Source of the DNA: Bacillota bacterium
Lineage (GTDB): Bacteria > Bacillota > Sulfobacillia > RBS10-35 > JAJYVN01
DNA length: 64,000 nucleotides
Direction of reading: 5' to 3'
NCBI GenBank assembly: GCA_021797775.1
Contig: JAJZZC010000001.1
Coordinates: 3,049 to 67,048 of the forward strand
Below the pieces are notes generated by a model, which was given only the letters and a program-made list of their open reading frames with translations, was not told the DNA's origin and made no database searches. The translations under genes and the position numbers were made by a program. Each line of letters begins with the position of its first letter. Positions within the stretch are counted from its first letter, which is position 1. Positions 41,004 through 51,558 of the stretch are shown here, piece after piece.

Positions 41004-41567
41004 CTAGGTACCGGCCCACCGCCACCTGTAAATAGAAAGGCCGGTGCCGCCGTATGTCCGGCTCCAGATGCGCTCTAGGTTCCCGCTGTCGGGCGGCAAT
41101 TCCTCCCTCGCCAGGTGCTCCACGGCCAGCAGGCCGCTGGCGGGGCCCGCGGCACTGCGGCCCAAGCGGCCGACCAGCGCGGCGGCGCCGAGCGCGTAGG
41201 GCGGATCGGCCAGCACCAGATCGAAGTGCTCGGAGGTCGCGCGTGGCGAGTCCAGGAATCGTCCGACGTCACCCGACACCACGGTCGCACGGTCCTCCAC
41301 GCCCAGCGTGCGCAGGTTGTGGCGCAGGGCACGCAGGGCGACGGGACCTCGCTCCACGAAACACGCGCGGGCGAAGCCGCGCGAGAGCGCCTCGATGCCC
41401 AGCGCCCCGCTACCGGCATAGAGGTCAAGGACCGCACCGCCGCCGGGGTACAGGGGCGCCAATACGTCGAAAAGCGCCTCCCGCACGCGTGCCGCCGTCG
41501 GGCGCGTTCGATCGTCGCCGGGCGCCACCAGCCGCCGCCCGCGCAGGTCTCCGGCGAGGACGCGCAC
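41004..41567 (-). CDS. rsmD: 16S rRNA m2G966 methyltransferase
   Basis: RPTAARVREALF, LDLYAGSGALGIEALSRG, DPPY. Confidence 0.95.
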   Translation of the reverse strand: MRVLAGDLRGRRLVAPGDDRTRPTAARVREALFDVLAPLYPGGGAVLDLYAGSGALGIEALSRGFARACFVERGPVALRALRHNLRTLGVEDRATVVSGDVGRFLDSPRATSEHFDLVLADPPYALGAAALVGRLGRSAAGPASGLLAVEHLAREELPPDSGNLERIWSRTYGGTGLSIYRWRWAGT

Positions 41568-41804
41568 CCCGGGCGCCCCCTTTTCCGCGCCGTTCCGGCG
41601 GACGCAGCCACCCCGCGCCGCTCCGTTGGCGAGGATGTGAGCGTACCATGGGGAACGGCAGGAAGCCGGACTCCTCGGTGCCGGCCCCGCGCCCGTCCCT
41701 CGGTCCGTGTGCCGTGCCCCGGAACGCGGCGCCGGCTCCCACACAAACCGCGGGTCCCCCGCCGCCGGCCCCGTCCTCTCCCAGCCCCGCCCCGGCGCAG
41801 CCAT

Positions 41805-41834
41805 GCATATGCGGCATGCGCGCCGATGACGCTA
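41805..41834 (+). promoter_or_regulatory. sigmaG/sigmaF-like forespore promoter of gpr
   Basis: GCATA-18 bp-GACGCTA, compared with the sigmaG consensus GHATR-N18-CATWHTA. Confidence 0.5.
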
Positions 41835-41865
41835 CGCCGCGGAGCAGTCGGCAGGGCAAAGAGGG

Positions 41866-42891
41866 GTGGCGCGCGCGTTGGGCAGGGACGGCGGCCGTGC
41901 GATGAGGGGGTGGTCCGCGGTCCCGGCAGGGGGCGGCGGTCCGCTGGCGGAGGTGGGCGACTCACCGCGTACCGACCTCGCGGTCGAGGCCGTGGAACGA
42001 CCGCACCGCGTGGAAGGCATCGACGTCGAAGAGGGGCACGAGGGCGAGGTGGCGGTGACACGGGTTCGCGTTCGCAGTGACGAGGCGGAGCGCGTAGTGG
42101 GTAAGCCCCGCGGTACGTATGTGACGCTGGACGCCCCCGGCCTCTTGCGTCGCGACACCATGGTCCAGGAACAGGTGGCGCGGGCGCTGGCCCGCGAACT
42201 TGGCGCGTTGCTACCCCTGGATGCGGATAGCCACGTCTTCGTCGTCGGCCTCGGCAACTGGAACGCCACGCCCGACGCCCTGGGCCCGCGCGTGGTCGGC
42301 GAGATCCTGGTGACCCGGCACCTCGCCGACCAGGTCCCTGAAAACCTCGCGGGCCAAGTGCGCCGCGTGTCGGCCCTCGCCCCGGGCGTGCTCGGCCTCA
42401 CCGGCATTGAGACGGGGGAGATCATCCGCGGCATCGTCGCCCGTATCAAACCCGACGCGGTGGTCGTGGTGGACGCGCTCGCCTCACGTAGCGTCGAGCG
42501 CCTGGGCCGGACCATCCAGGTAGCGGACAGCGGCATCCAACCGGGGTCCGGTGTTGGCAACCACCGCAGTGGCATCGACGCCCAGACCATCGGGGTGCCA
42601 GTGGTGGCGGTCGGCGTGCCCACGGTCGTGCACGCGGCCACCATCGCCGCCGACACCATCGACCTGCTGGCGGCCGAACTGGACGGGCAGCCCGCGTACG
42701 CCGGTCTGCGCCTGCTCCACGGAGACGACAAGAGGCAATTGATCGCCCGGGTGCTGGCCCCTGCCGTTGGAGACCTCATGGTGACGCCTAAGGAAATTGA
42801 CCTATTGCTGGATGATCTTTCTAGCGTCGTCGCCGCCGGCGTCAACGCCGCCCTGCATCCGAAAGTCGCAGCGCAGGAGAGCCTGCTCTAG
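41866..42891 (+). CDS. gpr: germination protease (GPR endopeptidase)
   Basis: RTDLAVE, VGLGNWNATPDALGP, PGVLGLTGIET, VDALAS, GVPTVV, LMVTPKEID. Start could be ATG 41902. Confidence 0.93.
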   Translation: MARALGRDGGRAMRGWSAVPAGGGGPLAEVGDSPRTDLAVEAVERPHRVEGIDVEEGHEGEVAVTRVRVRSDEAERVVGKPRGTYVTLDAPGLLRRDTMVQEQVARALARELGALLPLDADSHVFVVGLGNWNATPDALGPRVVGEILVTRHLADQVPENLAGQVRRVSALAPGVLGLTGIETGEIIRGIVARIKPDAVVVVDALASRSVERLGRTIQVADSGIQPGSGVGNHRSGIDAQTIGVPVVAVGVPTVVHAATIAADTIDLLAAELDGQPAYAGLRLLHGDDKRQLIARVLAPAVGDLMVTPKEIDLLLDDLSSVVAAGVNAALHPKVAAQESLL

Positions 42892-43245
42892 CGGCCCACC
42901 CCAATGGCTGACTGGAGGCCCGTGGGGGGCGCCCCCACCCCACGCCGGGCGCTGGTCGGAGCAAGCGCGAGACAGGGGCCCCGCCATGAGCGGGGCCCTC
43001 CGTCCCGATCCCTGAGCCCCAACGGTTGCCGGTGGTTAGCGCACCCTGACAGAACGGGAGAGACGCGCAGGGGGGACGGCCAGTGCGCTCTGGGGCCGAC
43101 GGGAAAACGGCCCCCTGTCCTCCCACACGACAACCAGGGACCCACGGCTGCGCCAGGCGGTGCCGTCCCGGCGGGGGTTGCGCACGCGGAGCGTCTCCCT
43201 TCCCCGGCGGTCACGGTGCGGTCAGCTGCCGCCCTGCCGCAAGGT

Positions 43246-43513
43246 CTCCTGCGAAAAGGCCGCGGGCGCCACTACCAGTAGTGGTCATGTGCGCCAAGGA
43301 CTACTAGGCGCCGTCGCCGACACCCGCCCGCGTTTTCATCCTGAATCTCGCAGTGTCAGGCGGGCGCCGCTGTCGCAGAAGGACCCTGCCATACGAGCGG
43401 GTGAGGTCGTGGCGAGGGGCCGGCGCCTGGGCGCCAAGGCGCCGGGCAGCCCCTTTGCGAAAATCAGGTTCATGCCGCGTGGCGCCGGCCCCGCCGGCAT
43501 GGGGGGCTTGTGG
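43246..43513. repeat. about 270-bp composite repeat, copy B
   Basis: Inverted copy of 7861-8129. Confidence 0.9.
43340..43468 (+). mobile_element. 129-bp MITE, copy 3
   Basis: CCTGAATCTCGCA...TGCGAAAATCAGG with TTCAT direct repeats. Confidence 0.9.
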
Positions 43514-44080
43514 GTCAGAGGCGTTCGAACGGGACGCGGCCGACACCCGGTTGCTCCACACGCACTTCACCGGAACATGCCCGCGGCGGCAAGCGACGCG
43601 CCGCCATCCTCATGCTGACGCGGTGCGCGGTCAATCGTCAGGATGGCGCGCGGATCCGAACCGAGACGCCGCCGGGGCCTTTGCGCCCGGGCCGGGCGGG
43701 GAAACGGGGGCGGGGTACGGCCGGCGTCGCGCGGCTGCCGCCCCCTGGCCCACGGACAACACCCAGCGCAGCACGGCGCCGCCTGCACACAATGCGCCAA
43801 GGCCTCCTCCGGGGCGCCTGCCTCGCCCAGCGGGCCGGGAAGGGAGCGTGCCGTCGCGGTGGCAGGGAGGGCGGTGAGCCAGTGGGCCCGCGTCGGTCCC
43901 GCACCATCTCCCCCGCAAAGTGGCGCAGGCGATCCGGTGCGTACCCCGGCGAGGGGGGCGAGCGGGCCACCACCCTTCGCTCGCACGCCACGGGGCACGC
44001 AGGGTCCCGCCCGTCGTCCGCCAGGGGGTGAGACCACCGAGCCGCGATCGCCAGTGAACACGGCCCGACGGCGGGCCGCC

Positions 44081-44758
44081 ATGCGCTCATTGCTCGGCGC
44101 GTGCCAGAGGGGCTCCGACCTGGCGTTCGCTCCCCTGGTGCGCCGCGCGGCGGCGCTCCTCGCCCCGGCGGTGCAAACACCCCCACACTTCATCTACCTA
44201 TTGCTCACGGTCGAGGACAAGCGCTTCATCTTACACGGCGGCATCGACCCGCTGGCTGCGGCCCGCGCCGCACTGCACAATCTGACGGGGCGCGGCGGGC
44301 TCCAGGGGGCCAGCACCATCACGCAGCAACTTTACAATGTGACCCGGGAGGAGGCGGGTCTACGCCGCAGCCGCACCATGCCAGCCAAGTGGCGGCAGGG
44401 GCTCTGGGCCCTGGGCCACCAGTGCCGGCACTCCAAGCGCGAGATCCTCGCCGCCTACCTGGACCGCGTTTACTGGGGCCGCTCGTACCACGGGCTCGAC
44501 GCCGCGGCCCATGGATACTGCGGGGTGACCCGCCCCGCATTGTCGCTGGCGCAGAGCTTCTTTCTCGTCGAGCGCCTCGCCACCCCCAACCTGCTGCGCC
44601 CCCGGCGCATCGCGGCCCTGCTGCGCCGGCGGTCCATCGCCCCGCTCTTCGCCCGGCGCATCGGTGCCCGCGCCGAGTTGCTTTCGCTCTACGACCGCCA
44701 CTTCGCCGCCGGCACCCGCCTCCGGCGGGAACTCGCCTCGCCCCCCACCCAGCAGTGA
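44081..44758 (+). CDS. monofunctional peptidoglycan transglycosylase (GT51) domain protein
   Basis: EDKRF..HGGID, QGASTITQQL, SKREILAAYL..VYWG. No transpeptidase domain; start uncertain. Confidence 0.8.
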   Translation: MRSLLGACQRGSDLAFAPLVRRAAALLAPAVQTPPHFIYLLLTVEDKRFILHGGIDPLAAARAALHNLTGRGGLQGASTITQQLYNVTREEAGLRRSRTMPAKWRQGLWALGHQCRHSKREILAAYLDRVYWGRSYHGLDAAAHGYCGVTRPALSLAQSFFLVERLATPNLLRPRRIAALLRRRSIAPLFARRIGARAELLSLYDRHFAAGTRLRRELASPPTQQ

Positions 44759-45393
44759 CGCGCGCCATGCGCCCGCAGGGGGATCCGCGCGGCCGCTGCC
44801 GCCGGCCGACCTCCTGGAACCGCGGCCGCAGCGCGGCGTCCAGGGCCCACCTTAGGCACTGGGGGCAGTCGGTTCGACCGGGTCGGGCGCAACCTCGCGC
44901 AGCGGCGCCCGACCCTCCGGTTCCCGTGGACGAGGATGCAGGCAGATCGCCGCGGGGCAGCCGCGGCCAGGCGACGGGGAGCCAGACGGCAGGGCCCGAA
45001 GACGCTGGCCGGGACGCCGGGTCAGGCGGCCCGCCTGCGGTCGCGGGGAGGGCCCCGGGTTTGGCCGCGGTGGCGCCCGCCGTGGCGCCAGGGCAATCCC
45101 CGCCCGCCCCCATCATCGGCGGATTGCCCTGGGGGCCTGGACGCACCGGGGGGGGCACGCACCGCCCCACGCAACGCACCCCCGGTCGGCCGCTGTGGTG
45201 CGCGCGGCTGGCGCACTGGCCACGCCCACCGCGCGCCCCCCCGGACGCCGGGCGCGGCGGCTGCGTTTCGCCGCCGGGCAGGGCCCTCCACTTCTGCCGC
45301 CGCCTCCCAGGATGCACTAGAGGACGCGTCGTATCCCCAGCAGCGAGGTGGTTGTGTGCGTGCTCCCGCCGTGCCGGACCCGCGCTCCCGGCA

Positions 45394-47523
45394 GTGAGCG
45401 CGACCCTGCAGCGCCGCGTCTGGAGCCTGCCGAGCGAGCCGTCCGCCGCGTGGACGCAGTCGATGGTCACGGACCTTGGAATCCCCGCGCTGGTGGCGCG
45501 TGTGCTCTATGCGCGCGGCTACCACACAGCGGCTGAGGCTTCCGCCTTCCTGGACCCCCCTCAGCCTCCCGATCCCATGGGTCTGCCCGGCATGCCCGCC
45601 GCCCTTGAGCGCCTGTGCCGTGCCCGCGCCCACGGCGAAGGGGTGCTCGTGTACGGGGACTACGATTGCGACGGGGTCTGTGCCGCGGCGCTAGCCCAAG
45701 GCGCCTTGCGCGCGCTGGGTTGGCAGGCGCGCGTCCACCTGCCGTACCGCGCCGACGGGTACGGCCTGCGCGAGGACACACTGGTCTCCTTGGCCCAGCG
45801 CGCCGATTGCCGCCTGGTCCTCGCCGTTGACAACGGCTCCACGGCGCACGCCGCCATCGCCGCCGCGGCGCGCGCCGGCGTGGAGGTGCTCGTTGCCGAC
45901 CATCACCGCTTGGCGGCCGATCTGCCCCCGGCGACGGCCGTGGTCAATCCCCTGCGCGCCCCTGACTCGCCCTTCGTCTTCCTGGCCGGCGTCGGGGTCG
46001 CCTGGTGCTTGGCGCGGTCGCTCGGCGCCGCCGTGGGCGCCGAACCCCCATCCGACATCGAACTGGTGGCGATCGGGACCATCGCCGACGTGGTGCCGTT
46101 GCGCGGCGCCAACCGCTGGCTGGTGCGCGCGGGGCTGCGCGCCATGGCCGGGCCCGGCGTCCGCCCGGGCGTGCGCGCCTTGCTCGCCGCCTGCGGGGTC
46201 GCGCCGGGGAGCGCGCCCACGGAACGCGACATCTCCCACGGCGTGGCGCCCCGCCTCAACGCCCCCGGGCGCGTCGACGGACCAGGCGCGGCGTTCGATC
46301 TGCTTTCGGCGCCGGGAGAGGCCGAGGCCCGGGCCGCACTGGCCATCGTCGACCAGTGCAACGAGCGTCGCAGGGCCATCGGCGCGGAGGTCCTGGCGAC
46401 CGCGGAGCGTGCCCTGCGCGCACTGCCCTCGCCCCCACCCCCACCCGCCGTGGTCTTGGCCGATCCGGGCTGGCACCCGGGCCTGGTGGGACCGGCGGCC
46501 GCGGTGCTCGCCGAACGGTTGGGCGTCCCGGTACTCCTGGCGGCGATTGACGAGCAGGGGCTGTGCCGCGGATCGGGGCGGGCCAGCCCAGGCTGGGACC
46601 TGGTCGACGTCCTGGGCCGGTGCGCGTCCCATCTCCTGCGCTTCGGCGGGCACACGCAAGCGGCCGGTTTCGAGGTGCGGCTAGAGCGTTTGGAGGGGCT
46701 GCGGGCGGCGTTCACCGCGGAGTGTGCCGCGCCGCAGGCCGCGGGCCGGGCGCCGGTGCTCCCGCTAGATGGGGCGCTGGAGGCGGGGGCCGGCGACGTG
46801 CGGCACGATGTGGCCGCGGCCATGGAGCGGTTGGCGCCCTTCGGCGCCGGCGCCCCCCCTCCCACGTTCCTGCTCCGGGGCGCGCTCATCTCCGGGGCGG
46901 CGCGCATGGGCGAAACGGGGCGCCACGCGCGCCTGCGCCTGCGGGTCACGGGCGCAGGGGCACCGGCAGGCTCCGATCGGTCGCCAGCATGGGGGCGTGA
47001 TGCCCCGGCGGGAGAGGTGCAGGCCGTGGCCTTCGGCCTGGGCCTCTGGACGGAGGGCTTTGCCTCCGGCGGCCCGTTCGACCTGGCCGTCCAGATGACG
47101 GTGAACCGCTACCGGGGGCGCGAGGCGTTGCAGTTGCTCGTGGTCGACGCAGCCCCCTCGGACGGCGACTGGAGCCGATTCCTGACTGCAGTCCACGCGG
47201 CGGTGCCGCGACGCCACCCGGATCGGGACGGGCTGGCCGCGGCCTTCCGCAGGCTGGCCACGCTCGGGCGTGGCGGTGGCCCCCTGCCGCCTGACACCTC
47301 GTTGACGGCCCACCTGGTACCGGCCTGCCTGCCAGACGGCGAAGCCGCCCAGGCCGCGCTGGCGATCTTGCGGGATCTGGGCATCCTCACCGATGACGGC
47401 CGATTCCTCCCTCCGCCTGCCGGGACGCGGCTCGACCTGGAGGACAGTCCGCGCTACCGGGCGGCGGCCGCAGCCCGGACGGCCGTCGCCGAACTGGCGG
47501 CCGCGGTGGAAGCGACCGGGTAA
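45394..47523 (+). CDS. recJ: single-stranded-DNA-specific exonuclease RecJ
   Basis: YGDYDCDG, VDNGS, DHH, GTIADVVPL, PRLNAPGR, GSGR, FGGH..AAG. Confidence 0.93.
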   Translation: MSATLQRRVWSLPSEPSAAWTQSMVTDLGIPALVARVLYARGYHTAAEASAFLDPPQPPDPMGLPGMPAALERLCRARAHGEGVLVYGDYDCDGVCAAALAQGALRALGWQARVHLPYRADGYGLREDTLVSLAQRADCRLVLAVDNGSTAHAAIAAAARAGVEVLVADHHRLAADLPPATAVVNPLRAPDSPFVFLAGVGVAWCLARSLGAAVGAEPPSDIELVAIGTIADVVPLRGANRWLVRAGLRAMAGPGVRPGVRALLAACGVAPGSAPTERDISHGVAPRLNAPGRVDGPGAAFDLLSAPGEAEARAALAIVDQCNERRRAIGAEVLATAERALRALPSPPPPPAVVLADPGWHPGLVGPAAAVLAERLGVPVLLAAIDEQGLCRGSGRASPGWDLVDVLGRCASHLLRFGGHTQAAGFEVRLERLEGLRAAFTAECAAPQAAGRAPVLPLDGALEAGAGDVRHDVAAAMERLAPFGAGAPPPTFLLRGALISGAARMGETGRHARLRLRVTGAGAPAGSDRSPAWGRDAPAGEVQAVAFGLGLWTEGFASGGPFDLAVQMTVNRYRGREALQLLVVDAAPSDGDWSRFLTAVHAAVPRRHPDRDGLAAAFRRLATLGRGGGPLPPDTSLTAHLVPACLPDGEAAQAALAILRDLGILTDDGRFLPPPAGTRLDLEDSPRYRAAAAARTAVAELAAAVEATG

Positions 47524-47822
47524 GCGCCGGGCTGCCAGCGTGACGCGGCGGCCAGCATGTACCGGCGGCAACCACCGTTCACGGCCGCTGCCCGGCGGGC
47601 CCCGCCAAGTCCATTCGGGTGGGCCGGGATGCACGCCGTGTGGCGCCTGTCCCGCCGCGTGGCGCGGGAGACCGGACGCGGCGCGTTCCCCCAAGGGCGG
47701 CCATTGGCTGAGCGGGGGGGCGCACGATCGCCGCGGGCCTTGCGTCTGCCGGCGCGCCCCGCGGCGGACTCGGCCGCGGGGCCCCCCGACGGCATCACGT
47801 CTGCGCGTCTCCGGCCACCCCG

Positions 47823-48620
47823 TCAAGCCCCCGCCCCGCCATCCCCCACCTCCCAGGTCCCGTCGCGCCAGGTGTACACCATGGCGGACAGGCGGTAGGC
47901 ATGGCGGGCCGCGGGCTCCACCAAGTGGCGCCGTAGCCGCCGCTCCCGTTCCTCCTCGCCGGGGACGTACGCCACCGCGAAGCCGCGGAAGGGTACCTCC
48001 ACCTGCAGGAGGCTCTCTTCGCACAGTTCGGCCACATGGCGCATCTGGTCGGGCAGCAGGACCTGCACGGCGTTGAGGTGGGGCCGTTCCCCTCCGCTAA
48101 AGGCATAGGCCCGACCGGGAACGACACAGGTGGGGGCCGCAGCCGCCGCGGCGAGGTTGGCGAGGGACATATCGAAGAGATCACCCTCACTCACGCCCCA
48201 GGACTGGCGCATGCCCTCGGTCACTACGACCAGTTGCCACCAGTCGTCGCTGTCGAGCACGTAGGCGAGATCCAAGCCGGCCAGCCAGCACCGTCCCACC
48301 CCGCGCCCGGCCGCCAAGCCCTCGGGCAGGAACTGGGGAAAGACATGGGGCCGGGCGAACTCAAAGTCGGCCGCGTGCTCGATGACCGCGGCCATGCCCT
48401 CCGACTGGGTCACCAGTGTGCGCGCCAACTCGGCGATGGGCTCCGGGGCCGGGAGACCGGCGGTATACGCACGGTAGAGTTCGCGGGTGTCGAGGTGTGA
48501 GCACACCCCGTCGCACATCACCTCAACACCCCCCGCCAGCGGCCGAAACGCGGCGCGGCCAGCGGCGATCCGGTTGGCCTGCTCGGAGAGCTCCCGGTTG
48601 AAGGCTTCCTCGCTGAGCAT
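47823..48620 (-). CDS. hypothetical protein (DUF1444-like)
   Basis: GAAGGGAGG RBS; VFPQF...LDLAYVLD...SWGVSEGDLFDMSLANL. Confidence 0.75.
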   Translation of the reverse strand: MLSEEAFNRELSEQANRIAAGRAAFRPLAGGVEVMCDGVCSHLDTRELYRAYTAGLPAPEPIAELARTLVTQSEGMAAVIEHAADFEFARPHVFPQFLPEGLAAGRGVGRCWLAGLDLAYVLDSDDWWQLVVVTEGMRQSWGVSEGDLFDMSLANLAAAAAAPTCVVPGRAYAFSGGERPHLNAVQVLLPDQMRHVAELCEESLLQVEVPFRGFAVAYVPGEEERERRLRRHLVEPAARHAYRLSAMVYTWRDGTWEVGDGGAGA

Positions 48621-49100
48621 CGCGGGCCTCCCTTCCGCCCCGCATGTTACGACAAACCCCAAGGGTATGGGGGATGGTCTTCGCCGCCACAGCCAAACGG
48701 GCGGGGCCGCGCGATGGTGGGGGTCAACGCCGGGCTAAGCGGGCCGTCTCTCGGGGTCGCCGCCCACAACACTACGCACCGCCCCGGACTGGCGCCGCGC
48801 AGTGTTGTGGGCGGCCGGAAAACGAACATACACTCCCTCACCGACGCCTGCGGCGCCTGCACGGCGCCGCGCCGGGCCCGCTGTCCGCTGGGACGCCAGG
48901 TCCGGTGCCCCCGGGCTGGGACCCTGGCTCTACGTGGCAGCCACCGCCGCGACGCCCACAGGTCTGCGGTCGCGCCCGCCCCGGACGGAAGGCACGGGTC
49001 GCGCCACGGGCGCCCGCGCGCGAAGCCGACGTACGCGGACCATGGCAAACGCCGCACGCGCCTGCCGACCCCAAGGAAGGCGCGGCTGTGTATCATTTGA

Positions 49101-49643
<543 letters not shown>

Positions 49644-49825
49644 GCCCCGTCGCGGTGTCGCCGCCCTGCCACCCGAGCGGCGAGGGGGTCGCGGTCGCCA
49701 CCCACGCGTCATCCAGCGCCTGTGGACCCCCGGACAGACTTGCAGATTGGTAGTACGGGGTACGCGCAGACTTGAGGGCGGCGACCATACCCGGTCGTCG
49801 CCCTCAAGCTCACACTTGGACCGGG

Positions 49826-50056
49826 CTAACGGACCCTTGCGCCCGACCGGCCGGCGAGATTCTGCTCGGCGATCTCAATCATCTTGCGCACCATGTGCCC
49901 GCCGACAGCGCCACATTGGCGGGAGGAGAGATCGCCCCAGTAGCCGTCCGCCGGCGGGTTCACACCGATCTCCGCCGCGGTTTCGTACTTGAAATGATCG
50001 AGAGCGGGACCGGCTTCACGGACCAGGGCACGATTGCTGGTGGAGCCTCTGGCCAT
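49826..50056 (-). CDS. alpha/beta-type small acid-soluble spore protein
   Basis: ALDHFKYETAAEIG...GDLSSRQCGAVGGHMVRKMI; AAGGGGGTG RBS. Confidence 0.95.
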   Translation of the reverse strand: MARGSTSNRALVREAGPALDHFKYETAAEIGVNPPADGYWGDLSSRQCGAVGGHMVRKMIEIAEQNLAGRSGARVR

Positions 50057-50080
50057 GCCTGTCACCCCCTTTGTCGCCAG

Positions 50081-50110
50081 TAGCATCGGCAAGGCGCCTC
50101 CCGCACATGC
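50081..50110 (-). promoter_or_regulatory. sigmaG-like promoter of the SASP gene
   Basis: Minus strand GCATG-18 bp-GATGCTA. Confidence 0.55.
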
Positions 50111-50201
50111 TGGAATCGCCCGGGAAGCGCGCCAGTGCCGGGACAGCGGCTGCGCTAAGCCAACGCTTCGCACCCCCCGTGGCGCGGACGGCGCTTTTGA
50201 T

Positions 50202-50328
50202 CCTGAATCTCGCAGTGTCAGGCTGGCGCCGCTGCGCAGAAGGACCCCGCGACACGAGCGGGTGAGATCGTGGCGAGGGGCCGGCCCTGGGCACCAAGGC
50301 GACCGGCCGCCCCTTTGCGAAAGTCAGG
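50202..50328 (+). mobile_element. 127-bp MITE, copy 4
   Basis: CCTGAATCTCGCA...TGCGAAAGTCAGG with TTGAT direct repeats. Confidence 0.9.
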
Positions 50329-50738
50329 TTGATTCGTATAGGCGTGGGAGACGGGGGCGGCTGGCACGCCACGCATGGCGGCGCACCGGCGCGCGGACCC
50401 CAGAGCGTACGGCCGGTGGCGCAAAGGCGCGCTGGGCCGGCCGGCGCAAACCGGATCGGTATGGCCGACGGCATCGCGAGACCCCGCAGACAAGGGCAAT
50501 CACGCTGGCGGACCGCGGTCGCAGGCGCCAAACCGGGCAGCGCTCCCCCGGTGGCGTCCCCGCCCGACCGGCGCGAGGCTCACGGAACCGGCCCTCGCAC
50601 TGGCCATCGACCGTGTCTCCACCGGGCGCCTCGCCCTCGCAGCCTGAAGGGCGACCACGCGCTGCGCCACATTCCCCTCCTCCGGAGGGGCTAGGGGGCT
50701 CGGGGACCCGCCTGGAACGGGTCCCCAAGCCCCCCCGC

Positions 50739-51509
50739 CTAGCCCTCGGGCCGCTCGGCCACACACAGGAAACGGCCGCTGTCCCGCGCCAGGGGCTGGA
50801 GTTGCAGGTCACCGACCAGCAGGATGTCCAGACCCGCTTGGTCCAGCAATTGCGTGATCTCCGCCAGCGGATAGGCGCGCTCGCGGTGCACCTCGCGGAT
50901 CTGGCGGTAGAGACCGTCGCCCTGACGGACAAATGCGGTGAGAACCAACGTGTTCACATCGGTCTCGTGGTCGTGGGTGCTCTGCCAGGCGACAAAGATA
51001 TCGTCGTCCGGCGTCTCGATCCGCTCGCTGGTGCCCCACTCCTCGGCGAGGCCCGCCCGCGTGTTCATGTCGAAGACGAACAGCCCGCCGGGCCGGAGGC
51101 AGTCATGCACGCACTTGAAGGCCGAACCCAGTTCCTCTGCGGTCAGCAGGTAGTTGAGGGCGTCGAACATGCAGGTGACCGCGTCCACCTGGCGCTGCAG
51201 CACGAAGTCGCGCGCATCGGCCTGCAGCCACTCCACGCGCACGCCCGCGGACGCGCCCAGCGCCCGCGCCTCCGCCAGCATGCGGGCGGAGATGTCGATG
51301 CCGGTGACGTCGTAACCCTCCCGTGCCAGTTGGATCGCGGCGTCACCGGTGCCGCAGGCCAGGTCGCAGATGCGCCGCGGCCTGCGCCCGAAGCGATCGA
51401 ACAGTTCGGGCAGGCGCACCGCCAGCGCCCGGCTGAACCGGGTGAAACCCGCCCTCCGATAGATCGTTGCCAGTTCCTCGTACGTGCCCGCGCCCGTCGG
51501 CGCCCCCAC
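50739..51509 (-). CDS. class I SAM-dependent methyltransferase
   Basis: CDLACGTG, GIDIS..ML, DALNYL, LRPGGLFVFD. Confidence 0.92.
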   Translation of the reverse strand: MGAPTGAGTYEELATIYRRAGFTRFSRALAVRLPELFDRFGRRPRRICDLACGTGDAAIQLAREGYDVTGIDISARMLAEARALGASAGVRVEWLQADARDFVLQRQVDAVTCMFDALNYLLTAEELGSAFKCVHDCLRPGGLFVFDMNTRAGLAEEWGTSERIETPDDDIFVAWQSTHDHETDVNTLVLTAFVRQGDGLYRQIREVHRERAYPLAEITQLLDQAGLDILLVGDLQLQPLARDSGRFLCVAERPEG

Positions 51510-51558
51510 CCCGTCACCGCTCCTCTCCCGCTGCGGACGACCGGTCCCCGCGGCGGCC

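Noticed and set aside
44101-45393. Apparent 430-aa N-terminal extension of RecJ (1140-aa ORF)
   Set aside because: Low-complexity stop-free read-through overlapping the GT51 gene; RecJ similarity starts near 45394.
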